Positions 62,301 through 64,000 of a stretch of 64,000 nucleotides of DNA are shown here, in pieces. The stretch comes from a virus. How positions within the stretch are numbered: the first letter of the stretch is position 1; each line of letters begins with the position of its first letter. The stretch lies in the IMG/VR virus record IMGVR_UViG_3300022833_000005, positions 1 through 64,000 of that record. The stretch is one strand, 5' to 3'. The position numbers were made by a program, and so were the translations under genes. Under the pieces are notes generated by a model. It made no database searches. It had not been told where the DNA came from and saw only the letters and a program-made list of their open reading frames with translations.

Positions 62301-62599
62301 AATTGATGTTCTTCTATAATCCTATAGAAATGAAAAACATCCTAGATGGGGGAATATTCCCTGCCATAGGATTAATAACAGATGTAGGAAGATTTACAGA
62401 TCATTTCTTTATGGAGACTACAGGATTAGATTGGTCAAACACAGATCTTACAGCAGTTGAAGTGAGAAAAAAAGCTCAACCAATAAAGAATTTAATGAAA
62501 ATGCTTCCTGTAAGTAAATCATTAGTTACATATCTTGCTATATCCAACTCTAAATTTGCTAAAGAGTTTGATGTAACTATTCAGAAACAAAGTAGATAA
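56375..62599 (+). CDS. Large multidomain cargo protein with PD-(D/E)XK nuclease-like domain
   Basis: Likely start MATCPN at 56375; AGTIDLL...IYDWK...QLGRY; ILEVQSDLFQ; EEMVH. Confidence 0.8.
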   Translation: MATCPNKNLESWKLLISSRGDDMAYYLWDKYDGEVPNAEMTPAIVKFNLKALDILNSDKAIQVFEKGKKNGWDINKILTELQVPKEQKQIILSKNISTREEIITSLLAENSFTVEVNVGVDGNKFKSDVSPENIKSISLEEYNSIKVEEIENGTNKLKPVKNGMYFKNKKGDTFFEPTVVENSSFYRDLTVPGGANYTENEISTPAITPNIKSHAQFSTDNGIGWFRSDEQLNDLTDETKFRPVYSLDKIVSYIEISTGLEYNKNSKKQNTRRILEVQSDLFQKGRDKKSLVNSMPEKGNYKMFKYGDFNYFTVDNKFFKQPLEDKNDPYGVPKEIEINKSEYDLVVNKEIKENNFLQLLNKKGNWVNFFIQSIVQDSVKKGYEKVLFPTGETAAKVEGHQTLVEDIAKWDKIINKDYKTWKLEAIDNNLDEINENVWKGNIIYAKNKKEELKTQGIEKLKPIEAFYTNTVTNILNKLYDVNEITDEHGNTWNEVTLDQSSVQGQNILLQKENQSSNKTKASQEILSKVKLIIKRMGIDIQTMIEYSKNNPNVDVTNVNGLADLINGIIAISEGKEDIALTEEMVHIATAIIEQKNPKLITEMISKVDRFKVYKETFEQYKDIAAYQLPNGKPNIRKIKKEAVDKLIADLIINDGQSFSELTEEENRSIIRRMWDAITDWFRGQHKASNIDLFQESATRIILGNFEGNVLDLTSKEVYYQATDAQKKLQQKIIETRESLRKIESKEPINPLLMDEEGATSYYEVLVDGEYQRVTKRVTDRVKAWYTQRFGKNKDWTAQEKRDNEVKRQLGVDFHNYFEEIHDRFFNTDGTRRENFGPRPNIQDATKDAVYTKLEKYYVDLISQFSRDGKNPLVFSEVMVYDPKLKEAGTIDLLIVDQDGTSHIYDWKFMSVAQGAEDVAWYKQGAYNVQLGRYKDILRSAYGVKQIGKNRAVPIIMDLQRENPKDLKTNLKIKGIKIGSVNPKEIQDLKLVPVSEESESTGIKKLDELLVKLNGVYKQITKDKPITEEDKTFKRERLNILKKAIRTAQSTLNIAPLVDVIRVMRKEGENIISEYKTTYEGRPATSEDFNDEQLSDFADNIREYGDLASVFQDINIDLKDLIEEKEILDLIRAEAEAIKISLYEIKEIAGEFADKFIGEKNLVTGLTKPEKVVKGLSSLFRGLSDLPLASLKLLYKLANRAMGFANEDALQEVNDLLAIRDKLKARGGDLRKTVQQIYQKSSEGGLVNKLIYRYKREFFQEVDANAEEGRRSRQWLKDNVDLKGYSIEASKILKERLSKINKTYDDGELKEKLLLDEMRKWDVSRKDFNGFNNYVIKRHPLLKWESTEYINLAKDPELFELYNYITKINKKAQSVGYIENKVQSTFLPFVRKTMAESLAWDFSLSSISNFSDNLSVRTSDVGYGNINEVTGEVENSIPKYYTSDFTKGEDGVNDYSDVSEDIFKNMIMYINHMEKYKYMSEIEGQIKLVRSIETFKDHLQTSKFSKVVMDSNGKPIIEKGNADNVKIFDSFLQTVIYGQKYTADNTDIALGDGLLTSIKKGINSVAGKEVYKIGDKPGSLSLIKTIDAMNRAFQLKTLGFEFISGAVNIFGGNIQVATQAGNYFKAREFAKNEMMLVGNRFKNDDERSMFIQLIDKFMPLKDDPTYEKMKAAGMSKLTQQNFSDMLFVFFREPEQHLEKTIFYTLLDNMMVEDGKVVSIREFVKNKYKDRYSSASNFRDSKQSIDAEIESLKKTRSINSTKKLVDGELVIPGLDLSNREELQRLTNLSRSISRNATGNMTDFDTSRMNMSVWTRSMMVFKGWIPKLLDTRFGEFRKIADDFSVEIGEDGMTTGDKYDVGRVRLFGSFLSLNIAKTVKEINDVLIVNDSGILKLDEMYAQYAQSYFERTGDELQMTAEDFNDLIRNNLRNQLKELAILMSLFGATLALGFMEPEDDEDKAHKNFYRFAQRVVDKFTSELMFFYNPIEMKNILDGGIFPAIGLITDVGRFTDHFFMETTGLDWSNTDLTAVEVRKKAQPIKNLMKMLPVSKSLVTYLAISNSKFAKEFDVTIQKQSR

Positions 62600-62604
62600 T
62601 AGGT

Positions 62605-62672
62605 TTAATGCTATATTATAATCCTATATTTCTTATAATATTTGTAAAATACATATATAAAACATAAATTTG
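62605..62672 (+). promoter_or_regulatory. Promoter with upstream TTAATGCTATATTAT box
   Basis: TTTG 62641-62644, TAAATTTG 62665-62672. Confidence 0.6.
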
Positions 62673-62677
62673 TACAC

Positions 62678-63076
62678 ATGAGAACAGCTGAAATTTGCCC
62701 AACTTGTGCCACATTCCAAAATGCTGAATGCATTATTTACAATGGCCCATACCTTTCTAATATTATTGTAAACCCTTTAGATAGTTTACAAACTATATTA
62801 ATTGCAATTAATAATAACTTAATTCCTTTAACAGGAATAACTGCAACACCTCCAGCAGGTGTACCTGCAACTTTTGTAGGTCAGTTATATTTAAGTCCAA
62901 ATAGTCCATTAGTATATTATGCATCCACTTCGGGTACTGCTGATGATTTTGAGGTATTAATAACTGCACCAAAAACAGGAGTTCCTCAATTTTCAAATAA
63001 TGCAGCTGCTGTATTTGCAGGTTTAATTCCTGGACAAATATATAGAACAGCAGACTTTCTTAAAATAGTTTATTAG
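62678..63076 (+). CDS. Small fibre-related protein
   Basis: CPTC...CIIYNGP...DSL N-domain; NNAAAVFAGL..GQIYRT...LKIV C-terminus. Confidence 0.7.
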   Translation: MRTAEICPTCATFQNAECIIYNGPYLSNIIVNPLDSLQTILIAINNNLIPLTGITATPPAGVPATFVGQLYLSPNSPLVYYASTSGTADDFEVLITAPKTGVPQFSNNAAAVFAGLIPGQIYRTADFLKIVY

Positions 63077-63100
63077 AGAAATAACAAAATTCAATATTAT

Positions 63101-64000
63101 ATGAACAAATTAGTTTGTGCAGCAAATCCTTGCCCAATTATACTTAGTAGTGCATGTGTCTTTTACGAAGGCCCTAATTTATTATGTGCTAATATTTTAA
63201 CAAATCAAACTGTTGAAGAAGCTCTTAAGAATATTGATGCTCTCTTGTGTGCTGGTAAAGGTTTAGATGGTTCATCTGGTACATCTGGTACATCTGGTAC
63301 AAGTGGCACAACTGGTACCAGTGGAACGTCTGCTACATCAGGAACATCAGGTACAAGTGGTACAAGCGGAACATCAGGTACAAGTGGTACAACAGGTACA
63401 TCAGGTAGTAGTGGAACATCAGCTACAAGTGGAACATCAGGTACGTCAGGTACTAGTGGTACATCAGGTACATCTGGTACAACAGGTACAAGTGGTACAA
63501 CAGGTACAAGCGGTACTTCTGCTACTAGTGGTACAAGTGGAACAACAGGTACATCAGGTACATCTGGTACAACAGGTACGAGTGGTACAACAGGTACAAG
63601 CGGTACTTCTGCTACTAGTGGTACAAGTGCTACATCTGGCACTAGTGGTAGCTCTGGATATGATGGAGATAAATATAAAACAACATCTACTGATTCATTT
63701 TTATTATGCAATCCAGGATGTTTAACAGTTGATCTAGGATTAGCATTCACTCCTGGTCAGTCTATTGTTGTAGCTCATGATATAAATAATTATCAAGAAT
63801 GTACAATAATAACATACAACTCTGCTAATGGAGAATTATGTTTTACAGAACCAATAACTTGTGTAGGAAGTGGTACATATAGTGAATGGTATATAAATTT
63901 AGATGGATCAACCGGTGGTGATGGGTCTTCTGGTACTAGTGGTACTAGTGGAACAACAGGTACTAGTGGTACGTCTGGTACAAGTGGTACTAGTGGTACA
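63101..64000 (+). CDS. Collagen-like (Gly-Thr-Ser)n fibre protein, truncated by the window end
   Basis: ATG 63101, open to the end; [12 protein letters not shown]...CVFYEGP, about 43 G-X-Y triplets, a globular domain, then a second tract; absent from the ORF track. Confidence 0.85.
   Translation, partial: MNKLVCAANPCPIILSSACVFYEGPNLLCANILTNQTVEEALKNIDALLCAGKGLDGSSGTSGTSGTSGTTGTSGTSATSGTSGTSGTSGTSGTSGTTGTSGSSGTSATSGTSGTSGTSGTSGTSGTTGTSGTTGTSGTSATSGTSGTTGTSGTSGTTGTSGTTGTSGTSATSGTSATSGTSGSSGYDGDKYKTTSTDSFLLCNPGCLTVDLGLAFTPGQSIVVAHDINNYQECTIITYNSANGELCFTEPITCVGSGTYSEWYINLDGSTGGDGSSGTSGTSGTTGTSGTSGTSGTSGT
63269..63658 (+). repeat. 9-bp-period coding repeat (GGT ACA TCA/AGT)
   Basis: Includes a near-perfect 81-nt duplication at 63458 and 63548. 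Confidence 0.9.

Noticed and set aside
11962-62996. Many 60-120 aa antisense or alternate-frame ORFs inside large genes
   Set aside because: Typical shadows of codon-biased AT-rich genes, without motifs or initiation context
63205-63750. ORFs 63205..63750(-) and 63267..63725(+)
   Set aside because: Shadow frames of the 9-bp GTS repeat; the real gene starts at 63101
1-64000. Stop-codon reassignment (TAG or TGA), known in some crAss-like phages
   Set aside because: Genes up to 13 kb are open in the standard code, and TAG and TGA end several genes; the two anomalous stops are TAA, the dominant real stop

Overview
AT-rich 64 kb segment of a crAss-like (Crassvirales-related) phage genome, probably infecting a Bacteroidota/Flavobacteriia host (TAnnTTTG-type promoters, no Shine-Dalgarno sites, standard genetic code). 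Bases 1-8064 are a minus-strand array of small accessory genes. The strand switches at about 8.1-8.3 kb. The plus strand then carries the crAss-type virion module: terminase, portal, scaffold-like protein, major capsid, ring/hub/auxiliary capsid proteins, tail fibres, IHF-like protein, tail tube/muzzle, cargo proteins, a 4335-aa virion RNA polymerase (DFDID motif), a 2-kaa cargo protein, and a collagen-like fibre running off the right edge. Most notable: (1) a metallophosphoesterase split at its catalytic DxH motif by a GIY-YIG-like endonuclease insertion that brings a second N-terminus, joinable only by a 5-nt hop over a TAA; (2) a split tail muzzle gene with Cys-rich modules on poly-Thr linkers, including a startless in-frame module behind the stop codon; (3) a repeated stop/start junction motif and an attC-like hairpin in the small-gene array; (4) a candidate structured ncRNA and precisely spaced operator-like motifs. 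All family assignments come from motif recognition and synteny by eye; no searches were run.
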